Source: an uncultured Candidatus Saccharibacteria bacterium
GTDB lineage: Bacteria; Patescibacteriota; Minisyncoccia; Phycocordibacterales; UBA2100
Reading direction: 5' to 3'
Length of the DNA: 64,000 nucleotides
NCBI GenBank assembly: GCA_964437185.1
Contig: CAYTFU010000002.1
Span: 41,296 to 105,295 of the forward strand
Under the pieces are notes generated by a model, which searched no databases, had not been told where the DNA came from, and saw only the letters and a list, made by a program, of their open reading frames with translations. Every line of letters begins with the position of its first letter. Within the stretch, counting starts at the first letter, position 1. A program made the translations under genes and the position numbers. Below, piece after piece: positions 48,615 through 57,381 of the stretch.

Positions 48615-51600
48615 TTATTCCTTCACAACGAAATTGACCAAGCGGCCTGGCACGAGGATAGTACGTACAATTTCTCTTCCAGCAACGCGCTCGCTCACTG
48701 CCTTCCTCGCTTCCCCTTCTATTGCTGTCTTATCCGCATCAGACGCAACATCGATCTGCGCGCGTGTTTTGCCGTTGACTTGCACTGCAATTGTCATCGT
48801 CTCAGATTTAAGATATTCCGCTTTGTAAACGGGCCACGTTTGTAAGTGGACGGACGACTTGTGGCGCTCCGACCAGAGTTCTTCCGCCATGTGAGGGGCA
48901 AACGGCGCCAGGATTTTCAAGAACGTGTCCCACTGTACTGCGCCAATTTTACCCTCTGACTCAATGGCATTGAGTAGTATCATGAGCTGACTAATGGCGG
49001 TGTTAAATTTTAGCGCCGCGATGTCCTCCCCTACTTTCTTTATCGCTTTGTGCAGAACATTCTGGAGCGCATCAACCTCCCCTTTCGCAACCATAAACTG
49101 GATTTTCCACGCACGCTCCAAAAATCGCCTCACCCCCACCACCCCATCGGGATTCCATGGATAGCTCGACACTTCGTTGTATGGCCCGATAAACGCGAGA
49201 TACATGCGCACCGTATCCGATCCGAGCTGCGCGACTACGGCATCTGGATCGATCACATTCCCGCGTGATTTACTCATCTTTTGACCGTCGGGGCCCATGA
49301 TGAGGGATCGGTTCATGCGACGCGTATACGGCTCTTTGTCTTTCACCAAGCCGAGATCGTACATGGCCTTCTGCCAAAAACGGCTATACAGCACGTGCAT
49401 AGTCGTATGTTCAGCGCCTCCCGAATACAAATCTATCGGCATCCACTTCGCAAGTTTTTTCGGATCTGCAAATTTCGATCTGTTTTTTGGATCACAGTAG
49501 CGCAAAAAATACCACGAAGAGTCTATGAATGTATCGAACGTATCAGTCTCTCGCTCCGCCGGCTTTTTACATTGCGGGCACTTTACCTTCACCCACTTCG
49601 TAGCCTTCGCAAGCGGCGACTTGCCACTCCCCTCCGGTAGATAGTCTTTGACCTCCGGCAACTTCACAGGCAAATCTTTATTCGGCACCGCGACAGGCCC
49701 GCACACGGCGCAGTGAATAATCGGTATGGGCACTCCCCAATATCTCTGACGCGACACGATCCAGTCACGAAGTTTGTAAGTCGTCTTTACTCGTCCATAC
49801 TTTGCCGTAATTCTTCCGATTGCTTCGCGATTCATGAGGCCAGTAAACTCTCCGGAGTCAACAAGTATTCCCTCCTCTGTATATGGCTGGTATCCGGTCA
49901 CGCGCTTCCAAGCAATCATCACATCGGGACGATTGATAAACCGAGAAAATTCTTCGGGCCCGTACCAACCCACATCATGACGTGACTTTTCGTGCTCGGA
50001 AACAATATCTTGCTCGCCGTTTTCTAGACTGTACAAAAGCGGCGTAAAATCTACGAGACGATTTACCTTTTTCTCTACGCTGTAATATTTTCCCCATATA
50101 TGACCGCCGAGAGATCGCACAAGCTTTGCGCTCCGATATCCAGTCTCCTCGCGAATTTCGCGTATGCCAGCCTCCACGGCATCTTCTCCTTCTTCAATAC
50201 CACCCGAGACGCACTCATTGACCTTCGTCGGTTTGAAGTGCACTCCGAGGTATTTGTCCTCCGACCAGTGCTTTACAATCGCAAACACAGATTTTCGGCG
50301 CTCAAGCGGTTCTCCTTCGCGTACCGCATCAAGCCCGCCCTTGAAAAGCGAGAGTGGTTCAACCACCTCCTTAATTGGTAGTTTAAACTTAGTAGCAAAC
50401 TCATGGTCGCGCTCGTCGTGCGCAGGGACTGCCATAATCGCGCCTGTACCGTAGTGGGCAAGCACATAATCTGCTATCCAAACGGGGATCTTCTCTCCTG
50501 TCGCCGGATTGATGGCTCTCACACCCTTCAACTCCACTCCCGTTTTCTCTTTCTGGTCTGCCATCCTCTCCAGCTCCGTCTTTCGCTTTGATGCCTCAAC
50601 GTATGTTTTTATTTCGTCAGCGTTTGCGCACAGACCACTCCGTATAAAATCCGAGACCCAACGGTGCTCAGGAGCCAATACCAGGTACGTCGCGCCGAAA
50701 AGCGTGTCCGCGCGCGTGGTAAAGACTCGCATAGTAGGCCTGAGCCACATAAGCACGTCTGGCTCAGTGTCACCTGTAAAGTGCGTCGCATTCGATACAC
50801 CTAGCTCAACGCGCGTACCGAGCAAATCCGCAAGGGCTTGCGCCTGTTGATCTGAGATGGCGTGATCGCGTGGATCGTGCAAAACCGTAAATGAACCAAC
50901 GTTTCGCTTAATAGCTTCAGAATCAAATTTCCACGACCACGTTTTTTCAAACAGTCTCTTTTTGTCTTTAAACTTCGTATCCACAAAGCCCCCGATGGTT
51001 ACCAGCCGCGCAACGGGCTTCGTAAGTTGCTCCGCCACTTTGAGCGCGAGCACGGCCCCGAGACTGTGGCCAACGATCACAGTGCGTTCATCGTACGTCG
51101 TCGCGCTTATTGCGTACTCGACCTGCTCGCGCTCCGTGGGATTATCAGTGTTGGGAAGGCGCGGAATAACTACTTCGTGACCCATTTTTTCCAGCTCCGC
51201 CTTCACCCACTTCCACCGCGGCGCATCAGGAGTTCCGCCAAATCCGTGAAAAATCACAAACTTGTACTTCTGACCAAGATCGAGGACAAAATCTATCTCG
51301 GCTCCTTCACTTCGACCAATCCAATTTCTCTGAGATTCTTTGATCTGCTCCGGCCAGTCCAGTCCATCGAGGTCGTCGATCAGTCGGTCTGCATAATCAG
51401 TAATCTTTATATTCCACTGCAACATTTTCCTCTGCACGACTTCGCTGTCGCATCGCTCACATCTTCCAGAAACCACTTGTTCATTTGCGAGTACCGTCTT
51501 GTCCTTCGGGCACCAGTTTACCGCGGTCTCTTTACGATATGCGAGCCCCTTTTTGAAAAATTCGAGAAAAAGCCATTGCGTCCATTTGTAGTACGCCGGA

Positions 51601-51986
51601 TCACACGTAATCACTTCTCTCGACCAATCAAAGGATGTGCCCATGGAGCGGATCTGCTTCTTCATGAACTCGATATTCCTGTACGTCCATGTACGCGGAT
51701 TTATGTTGTTCTTTATGGCAGCGTTTTCGGCGGGCAAACCAAACGCATCGAAGCCGATCGGATAAAGCACATTTTTCCCCTGCATCCGCTCCGCGCGCGC
51801 AAAAATATCTGGTACAGCAAATGCGTACCAGTGACCGACGTGCAGATTTCCCGAGGGGTATGGAAACTCGACGAGTAGGTAGGAATTTTTCTTCCCTTTT
51901 ACTGAATCTCGGGTCCTGTAAAGTTTCGATTTATCCCATCGCGCTTGCCACTTTCGTTCAATTGCCCGATGATCATATTTTTTCAT
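48615..51986 (-). CDS. leuS: leucyl-tRNA synthetase with two inserted hydrolase domains (Ser alpha/beta-hydrolase and Nudix), 1123 aa
   Basis: HVGH and QKMSKS, editing TTRADTLFGATYLVLAPEH / AHDERDHEF; extra GHSLG hydrolase (aa ~236-415) and GX5EX7REUXEEXGU Nudix box (aa ~596-618). Confidence 0.9.
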   Translation of the reverse strand: MKKYDHRAIERKWQARWDKSKLYRTRDSVKGKKNSYLLVEFPYPSGNLHVGHWYAFAVPDIFARAERMQGKNVLYPIGFDAFGLPAENAAIKNNINPRTWTYRNIEFMKKQIRSMGTSFDWSREVITCDPAYYKWTQWLFLEFFKKGLAYRKETAVNWCPKDKTVLANEQVVSGRCERCDSEVVQRKMLQWNIKITDYADRLIDDLDGLDWPEQIKESQRNWIGRSEGAEIDFVLDLGQKYKFVIFHGFGGTPDAPRWKWVKAELEKMGHEVVIPRLPNTDNPTEREQVEYAISATTYDERTVIVGHSLGAVLALKVAEQLTKPVARLVTIGGFVDTKFKDKKRLFEKTWSWKFDSEAIKRNVGSFTVLHDPRDHAISDQQAQALADLLGTRVELGVSNATHFTGDTEPDVLMWLRPTMRVFTTRADTLFGATYLVLAPEHRWVSDFIRSGLCANADEIKTYVEASKRKTELERMADQKEKTGVELKGVRAINPATGEKIPVWIADYVLAHYGTGAIMAVPAHDERDHEFATKFKLPIKEVVEPLSLFKGGLDAVREGEPLERRKSVFAIVKHWSEDKYLGVHFKPTKVNECVSGGIEEGEDAVEAGIREIREETGYRSAKLVRSLGGHIWGKYYSVEKKVNRLVDFTPLLYSLENGEQDIVSEHEKSRHDVGWYGPEEFSRFINRPDVMIAWKRVTGYQPYTEEGILVDSGEFTGLMNREAIGRITAKYGRVKTTYKLRDWIVSRQRYWGVPIPIIHCAVCGPVAVPNKDLPVKLPEVKDYLPEGSGKSPLAKATKWVKVKCPQCKKPAERETDTFDTFIDSSWYFLRYCDPKNRSKFADPKKLAKWMPIDLYSGGAEHTTMHVLYSRFWQKAMYDLGLVKDKEPYTRRMNRSLIMGPDGQKMSKSRGNVIDPDAVVAQLGSDTVRMYLAFIGPYNEVSSYPWNPDGVVGVRRFLERAWKIQFMVAKGEVDALQNVLHKAIKKVGEDIAALKFNTAISQLMILLNAIESEGKIGAVQWDTFLKILAPFAPHMAEELWSERHKSSVHLQTWPVYKAEYLKSETMTIAVQVNGKTRAQIDVASDADKTAIEGEARKAVSERVAGREIVRTILVPGRLVNFVVKE

Positions 51987-52166
51987 ACGATTTCTGCTTG
52001 CCCGTCCGAAGCTTTCCTGACCTTCGTAGCTTTAGCGAAGTAGGTAGCGAAGGAGGGCCACTTTTTCTCAATTTTGGTATGGTCGTACTTCTTCATTGGA
52101 TGAGCGTATCATATCCCTCCGCAAAGGAAAAACCTCTGCACCAACGGTCCTCTCGCCTCTGCAGCC

Positions 52167-53132
52167 TTACAAATTCTTCATTTTAGAGTACGGAGGGTAC
52201 CGCTCCGGGTCTATGGTACGTTCAAAACATACTCGGCCTGCGGCATGATGCCATACGTCGTTTTCAAGGCTCGCTGCCTTCCCCTCAATCATCGGTGCTG
52301 AGACTGGGCGCGCTCCCATGTAACTATTCAACTGACCCTCGGCATTGAACACTGCGCAGAGCTCGAAGATCATGCTACCTTTTGCCGAGTACTCATAACT
52401 TTCTCCCGTCTGCGGGTCGCGCGGTACAATTGTGCCGCTGATAGGATCGTGCAGGTCGCTAAGTAACGAGGGCATTCTTTCTTTACTCTGCCAGTAATTT
52501 ACGATCATGGATTGTATCGAGACAAGATCATTCAACTTCTGATCATCAAGACGCTGCAAGCGAGCCTGAGCCGGAGATCCTACAATAAAGAAACCAGCGA
52601 TAACAGTGCAGAAAACCAGAAGCAACGTAGCGACACTGACATAGCGATTGCGCTCAGGGTACTCACTCCAGTAGTTCCAAATATCTGCCAAGAAGTGCAT
52701 GAGGCCAACCGCGGCCACGAGCAGCACAACGAGCGCCTTAAGAATAAACCGAGTCGTTATCTCTTCTCCATTCAGAAATGTATAAAGAACAAAAATCAAA
52801 TCACCGACAATCGCGGCGCCGGCTACGAATACGGTCAGGTAGAGCGCCCACCTACGAACCCATATCTCCTTACGTGACTGATCCTTTCTCATATCGCGGC
52901 GTATGAGGTACATCAGCGCCAAAAAGGCTGGAGTGAGGACAATAAGTGCAGCCATCTCCCAGCTTATCCCGCTCTGGTACGGGTCCGAGGGATAGTAATC
53001 CAGAGGATCCGGCATTGCATAATCCACGTAGTTCCACACGAGCGCGATGTAATTAAAAACCGCCACGTAGAGCGCTATAACAGCCCCGGCCCACAGGAAG
53101 AAATCCTTTGGTGTTACTTTTGAGGTATTCAT
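52167..53132 (-). CDS. hypothetical polytopic membrane protein (DUF5671-like)
   Basis: multiple TM helices followed by soluble C-terminal domain; architecture typical of DUF5671 proteins. Confidence 0.5.
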   Translation of the reverse strand: MNTSKVTPKDFFLWAGAVIALYVAVFNYIALVWNYVDYAMPDPLDYYPSDPYQSGISWEMAALIVLTPAFLALMYLIRRDMRKDQSRKEIWVRRWALYLTVFVAGAAIVGDLIFVLYTFLNGEEITTRFILKALVVLLVAAVGLMHFLADIWNYWSEYPERNRYVSVATLLLVFCTVIAGFFIVGSPAQARLQRLDDQKLNDLVSIQSMIVNYWQSKERMPSLLSDLHDPISGTIVPRDPQTGESYEYSAKGSMIFELCAVFNAEGQLNSYMGARPVSAPMIEGKAASLENDVWHHAAGRVCFERTIDPERYPPYSKMKNL

Positions 53133-53138
53133 GTTCGT

Positions 53139-53399
53139 TTATTTAATTGTTAAACGTGCCTCTATGCGAGATATCCGCTTATCGTGTTGAAAAACTGCTT
53201 CTGCATCCTTATCGACAGCCTTCGAAATAATCTTTACTTCACGAACAATCTCGTCAATCTTTTTTAACTGACCATTAGTACTAAAAGCCCTTTCAATCAT
53301 CCTCTCAACATCATTTTTTGTTGGCAACTCTGCCACCTGCTCTCCCAGAGAAACAACCGCCTTCAATACCGACCCTAGCGATGCCTTCGGCTTTACCAT
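53139..53399 (-). CDS. small coiled-coil protein, probable divergent family copy P3 (86 aa)
   Basis: start at ATG 53399 (ORF-track start is TTG); TKND..ERMIERAF and HDKRISRIEARL align weakly with P1/P2. Confidence 0.45.
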   Translation of the reverse strand: MVKPKASLGSVLKAVVSLGEQVAELPTKNDVERMIERAFSTNGQLKKIDEIVREVKIISKAVDKDAEAVFQHDKRISRIEARLTIK

Positions 53400-53471
53400 A
53401 AAGGAATGGTATATCGCCCGAAACAAAAGTCAAAGTGCAGACTGCGCGTGCAGGCATGAGCACTACAGACA

Positions 53472-54572
53472 CTAACTATGCAAGAACTCCATCACGTCGC
53501 CGTCCTGTACGATGTATTCTTTACCCTCGGTACGCAAGACTCCCTTATCCCGCGCCTTTGACCACGATCCGGCTCCGAGCAAAACGTCCCATTGCACCAC
53601 CTCGGCGCGGATAAACCTGTCTCGAAAATCGCTGTGTATCGCTGCGCCAGCCTCTGGCGCGGTCGAGCCTCGATGTATCGTCCAGGCGCGCGTCTCTTTC
53701 TCTCCTGTCGTAAAGAATGAGATAAGATCGAGAAGTGCGTACCCTCCCTTGATGAGCGCATCAAGTCCATCGTCGGCCACTCCGAGCTCGCGACGAAAAT
53801 CCCCCTTTTCGTCTTCATGCACATCCGAGAGATCATTTTCAACACCCGCGTCCACGACAACGTATCCCGCGCCCTCGCCATCAAGAAATTCTTTCAGCTC
53901 ACGCCAACGAGGTCCGCCTTCCGCATCCACATTGACCGTTCCACTTTTTCTGTTGAGCACGTACAAAATCGGTTTCATAGTGAGTAACTGAAAACTCTTA
54001 GCGACCTCTCCCTCACGCTCATCAAGCAATACCGTTCGCGCAGCCTTACCCGCCTTAAGTGAAGGCACAATTTTTCGGAGCACGTCGCGCTCGGTAATTA
54101 ATTCTTTATCTCCCCCCTTGGAATCGCGCTCCAGACGATCGAGCCGCTTTTCGGCGCTCTGGAGGTCGGCGAGCACGAGCTCCATGTTGATGATTTCGAT
54201 ATCGTGCCGTGGATCTACTTCACCTGCGACATGATGCACGTCTTCGTCATCGAACATCCGCACCACCTGCGCAATTGCATCAACCTCTCGAATGTGTGTG
54301 AGAAATTGATTACCGAGTCCCTCCCCCTCCGAAGCCCCCTTTACGAGCCCCGCAATATCCACGAACTCAACTATAGCGGGGACAATTTTCTGAGTGTTAG
54401 ACATCTTTGAGAGAGCCTGCAATCGATGATCCGGCACAGCAACAACACCCACCGAAGGATCAATGGTGCAAAAAGGGTAATTCTCGGCAGGTACGCCCTT
54501 GCGCGTGAGCGCATTAAAAAGGGTCGATTTGCCAACGTTTGGCAATCCCACAATTCCAATTGAAAGCCCCAT
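53472..54572 (-). CDS. ychF: ribosome-binding ATPase YchF
   Basis: GIVGLPNVGKSTLFNALT P-loop, TGS C-terminal domain. Confidence 0.95.
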   Translation of the reverse strand: MGLSIGIVGLPNVGKSTLFNALTRKGVPAENYPFCTIDPSVGVVAVPDHRLQALSKMSNTQKIVPAIVEFVDIAGLVKGASEGEGLGNQFLTHIREVDAIAQVVRMFDDEDVHHVAGEVDPRHDIEIINMELVLADLQSAEKRLDRLERDSKGGDKELITERDVLRKIVPSLKAGKAARTVLLDEREGEVAKSFQLLTMKPILYVLNRKSGTVNVDAEGGPRWRELKEFLDGEGAGYVVVDAGVENDLSDVHEDEKGDFRRELGVADDGLDALIKGGYALLDLISFFTTGEKETRAWTIHRGSTAPEAGAAIHSDFRDRFIRAEVVQWDVLLGAGSWSKARDKGVLRTEGKEYIVQDGDVMEFLHS

Positions 54573-54617
54573 AATCGGCTCATCCTAACAGTTTTCCGGG
54601 ATTTTTCTATGTCGGCG

Positions 54618-55211
54618 CTATCGGCCGAGACGACCGAGCTCCTGGACTTCAGCGAGCCAACGAGCCTTCCGAGAAGCTGGAATATTTTCTGAAGGGCCAA
54701 ACCAGGTAGATCGGACGGAAAATCCCGCAAACCAAAGAATCCCCCACCGTAGCTGCGCGTTTACATTGCCCGGCAGAAAACGAACAAGCCAGGGGGGCGT
54801 ACCACTCGTGAGAATAGTCCGAGCCGTCTTGCCTCTGAAAAGACGATGCCAAAAAATTGTTCGTCGACCCGCCGGCGTTTTGATGTATCGAAATGCCGAT
54901 CCGGGAAGCCACGCGCGGTCAAACAATCCCTTCAAGAGTGCAGGCATCCCCACCCACCAGACAGGGTAAATGATTACAAAGTGATCCGCCTCGACAAGAA
55001 GACGTTGAAATTTTTGCAGATCAGGTTCGAGCGCTTGCATCGCACGGTAACCCTTGTGCAGTACGGGATCAAACTGCATATCGCCGAGGTTGAGTCGATT
55101 TACCGTGTGGCCCGATTTTAGAGCGGCCGCACAATACTCATTCGCAATTTCTCCGCAAAATCCAGACGAATCCGAGTGCCCGAGAAGCACGAATATTTTC
55201 TTATGATTCAT
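54618..55211 (-). CDS. flavodoxin-like NAD(P)H dehydrogenase (quinone) family protein
   Basis: KIFVLLGHSDSSGFCGEIANEY ... ADHFVIIYPVWW Flavodoxin_2-like. Confidence 0.7.
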   Translation of the reverse strand: MNHKKIFVLLGHSDSSGFCGEIANEYCAAALKSGHTVNRLNLGDMQFDPVLHKGYRAMQALEPDLQKFQRLLVEADHFVIIYPVWWVGMPALLKGLFDRAWLPGSAFRYIKTPAGRRTIFWHRLFRGKTARTILTSGTPPWLVRFLPGNVNAQLRWGILWFAGFSVRSTWFGPSENIPASRKARWLAEVQELGRLGR

Positions 55212-55214
55212 GGG

Positions 55215-55742
55215 TCAGAGTGTATCACGCCGCACCATGGTCTCTCGCTCTAACTTTTCCGCACGCTCTTTCTCTGCTTCTGTTTCAAATTCATCCACAA
55301 CATCATGCTTTCCGATCTGGCCGAGCCGGAACGCTCGCACTGTTTTTAAGCTGAAATAAAAGGAAGACAAAAATATTATTGCAATGGTGAGTCGGAGGAT
55401 AAAGGATATTGGGCTAGATGTATCGTACTGCAAAATGCCCCACGTGCCGTACACGAGGACTCCCACTCCAGAAGCAATAGTACTTCCCATAGAAACAGCC
55501 GGATCCTTTGGACTGGTTAACGCTGCAAGAGCGACAATAACCAACGCGCCCACCACCATGAAAGGAAACTCGACGCGCAAGTTACTTCCGTAGAGAGGCG
55601 CGCCGATAAGCATAAGCGTCGCGGCCCCGATCAAAAGTTGCCGAGCGTATGAACCGTAGTAGTGAGGAATATGCTCAAAGTGCCCAAGGCCTGGCATGTT
55701 CCATATCGAATCAACACGGCCGCCGTCTCCACCTTCTGACAT
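55215..55742 (-). CDS. hypothetical membrane protein
   Basis: start set to ATG 55742 (MSEGGDGG) to avoid overlap with upstream gene; 4 TM helices. Confidence 0.45.
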   Translation of the reverse strand: MSEGGDGGRVDSIWNMPGLGHFEHIPHYYGSYARQLLIGAATLMLIGAPLYGSNLRVEFPFMVVGALVIVALAALTSPKDPAVSMGSTIASGVGVLVYGTWGILQYDTSSPISFILRLTIAIIFLSSFYFSLKTVRAFRLGQIGKHDVVDEFETEAEKERAEKLERETMVRRDTL

Positions 55743-55759
55743 GTCACAATGATGACACG

Positions 55760-56053
55760 CTATTGTTTTCCCGCAAGTGCGAGTATTGCCTTTGTATCGT
55801 CTTCGCCTTTCACCGCATTGCGGTGGGTGTATCCACAGCTCTCGCATAGGTGGATAATCCGATATTGATTCGTTGAGCCCTCTATTCTCAAAGGCTTCAT
55901 CATTCCCCCACAGGTAGCCGCTCTGTCGCCAGGATGAACGTCTACGTGCTTACTCCAAAGGCATCGTGGGCAATGATTTGTGTATCCGCTCCCCTTCACT
56001 TGCGCGCCACAATGTTCGCACGCAAAATTCTCGACCGTTTTCGTAAAACTCAT
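55760..56053 (-). CDS. RNHCP-domain zinc-ribbon protein
   Basis: CEHCGAQV...YTNHCPRCLWSKH...CESCGY matches RNHCP signature. Confidence 0.6.
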   Translation of the reverse strand: MSFTKTVENFACEHCGAQVKGSGYTNHCPRCLWSKHVDVHPGDRAATCGGMMKPLRIEGSTNQYRIIHLCESCGYTHRNAVKGEDDTKAILALAGKQ

Positions 56054-56088
56054 TGGTAGAAAGTACCCCGATATCGGGCGGCCCGCAA

Positions 56089-57312
56089 CTACTGAATCGT
56101 TACCACCGTATTTTTACTCGTCGCGGTGCCTGCGGAGTTGGTGCATTGCAACGCGAGAGAAATAGTGCCCGCGATTGACGTGAGTGGCGCACCCAATACC
56201 TTCGCCCCTTCACCCCCTATCGCAAACGGCTGCCCGTTTTGCGACACAGTGCAAGACCCCGCTTGCATTCCGACGGATGACCAAACGATAAGCGTGCTGC
56301 CATTTCTCGTAACGGTCGGTGATTGCGCAATGATGAGCGATGCAGACGACATTGCAATTTGGGGAGTCGTACTCGATGTTTGACCGACTCCAGGAGAACT
56401 TGTCGCGCCCGTAGATATTCCACTACCTGTTCCAGTCTGCGAACCACTATTGGTACCTGATCCCTGCGTCGAGCCGCCCGTTCCACCCCCGCCGCTTGCA
56501 CCAGACCCCCCACTTGTACTTGTGCTACCAAGGCCAGCCAACCACTGAGCTAGCCCTGCGGCAATACTAGGCGTGGCGGATGTGTTGTAATTTGTTTGAA
56601 AAGTTCGGTATGGATCGGCCGTTGGCGGAATGAAGGTAGGAGGATAGTACTCGTTCATGCCCACATCCGCATCACTGAACGCCAGCGAGATTCCGGATGC
56701 ATCTACATAGTTACCAGGCACGTTCACCGCAACCCCCGCCACTTTCAATTTCGCTGCAAAAGAATTCAAAATATCCGTGTACGTTTTTCCAGCAAAGATT
56801 TTTGGATTGTACAGCGTTTCTTTCACAAACACCGTCGAAGCGAGTGCATTTGGAGTCTGCATGTAGCCAGCAATAAACCTCACCGACCCGGCTTGGCCTA
56901 GGAAATGGCCTAAGTAAAGACCGAGGGATGGGTCAATTTTTGCCTGAATAAAAAGTTTTTCATTTCTGTCTAATGTTTCTCTCAGTGCAAAGGCGGTTAC
57001 CTTGGCGGAGGTCACGGGATCTCGTCGGCTTTCCAATCTAAGCGAGCTACCGTACAGAGCTTTAGTAGCGCGCAACCATGAATCCTCAGTCCATTGGAAC
57101 ATTCCGACAGCGGTCGAAGTAGTATTCGCGATGGTTGCGTTACCGTTACTCTCTATATTTGCAATTTTTCCCAAAATACCTACAGGCAACCGATACTGTT
57201 TTGTTTCCAGTTCAAAAAAGATTTGATTCAGAGATACGGTGATGAGGGCGTTCGCAGACCCGAAAAGAAAAAGAACTACGAGCGCTCCTAAAATAACCGG
57301 TCGCCTTAGCAT
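56089..57312 (-). CDS. secreted lytic-transglycosylase-like protein with G/S/T-rich linker and shared C-terminal domain
   Basis: signal peptide; ESNGNATIANTTSTAVGMFQW resembles SLT ES...GLMQ motif; C-terminal ~90 aa paralogous to 57382..57640. Confidence 0.55.
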   Translation of the reverse strand: MLRRPVILGALVVLFLFGSANALITVSLNQIFFELETKQYRLPVGILGKIANIESNGNATIANTTSTAVGMFQWTEDSWLRATKALYGSSLRLESRRDPVTSAKVTAFALRETLDRNEKLFIQAKIDPSLGLYLGHFLGQAGSVRFIAGYMQTPNALASTVFVKETLYNPKIFAGKTYTDILNSFAAKLKVAGVAVNVPGNYVDASGISLAFSDADVGMNEYYPPTFIPPTADPYRTFQTNYNTSATPSIAAGLAQWLAGLGSTSTSGGSGASGGGGTGGSTQGSGTNSGSQTGTGSGISTGATSSPGVGQTSSTTPQIAMSSASLIIAQSPTVTRNGSTLIVWSSVGMQAGSCTVSQNGQPFAIGGEGAKVLGAPLTSIAGTISLALQCTNSAGTATSKNTVVTIQ

Positions 57313-57381
57313 TTGATCATTATATACTCACTCCTTAATGAAGGATGGAATTGTGTTGAAAACCTTTAGCGATGCGTCGTG

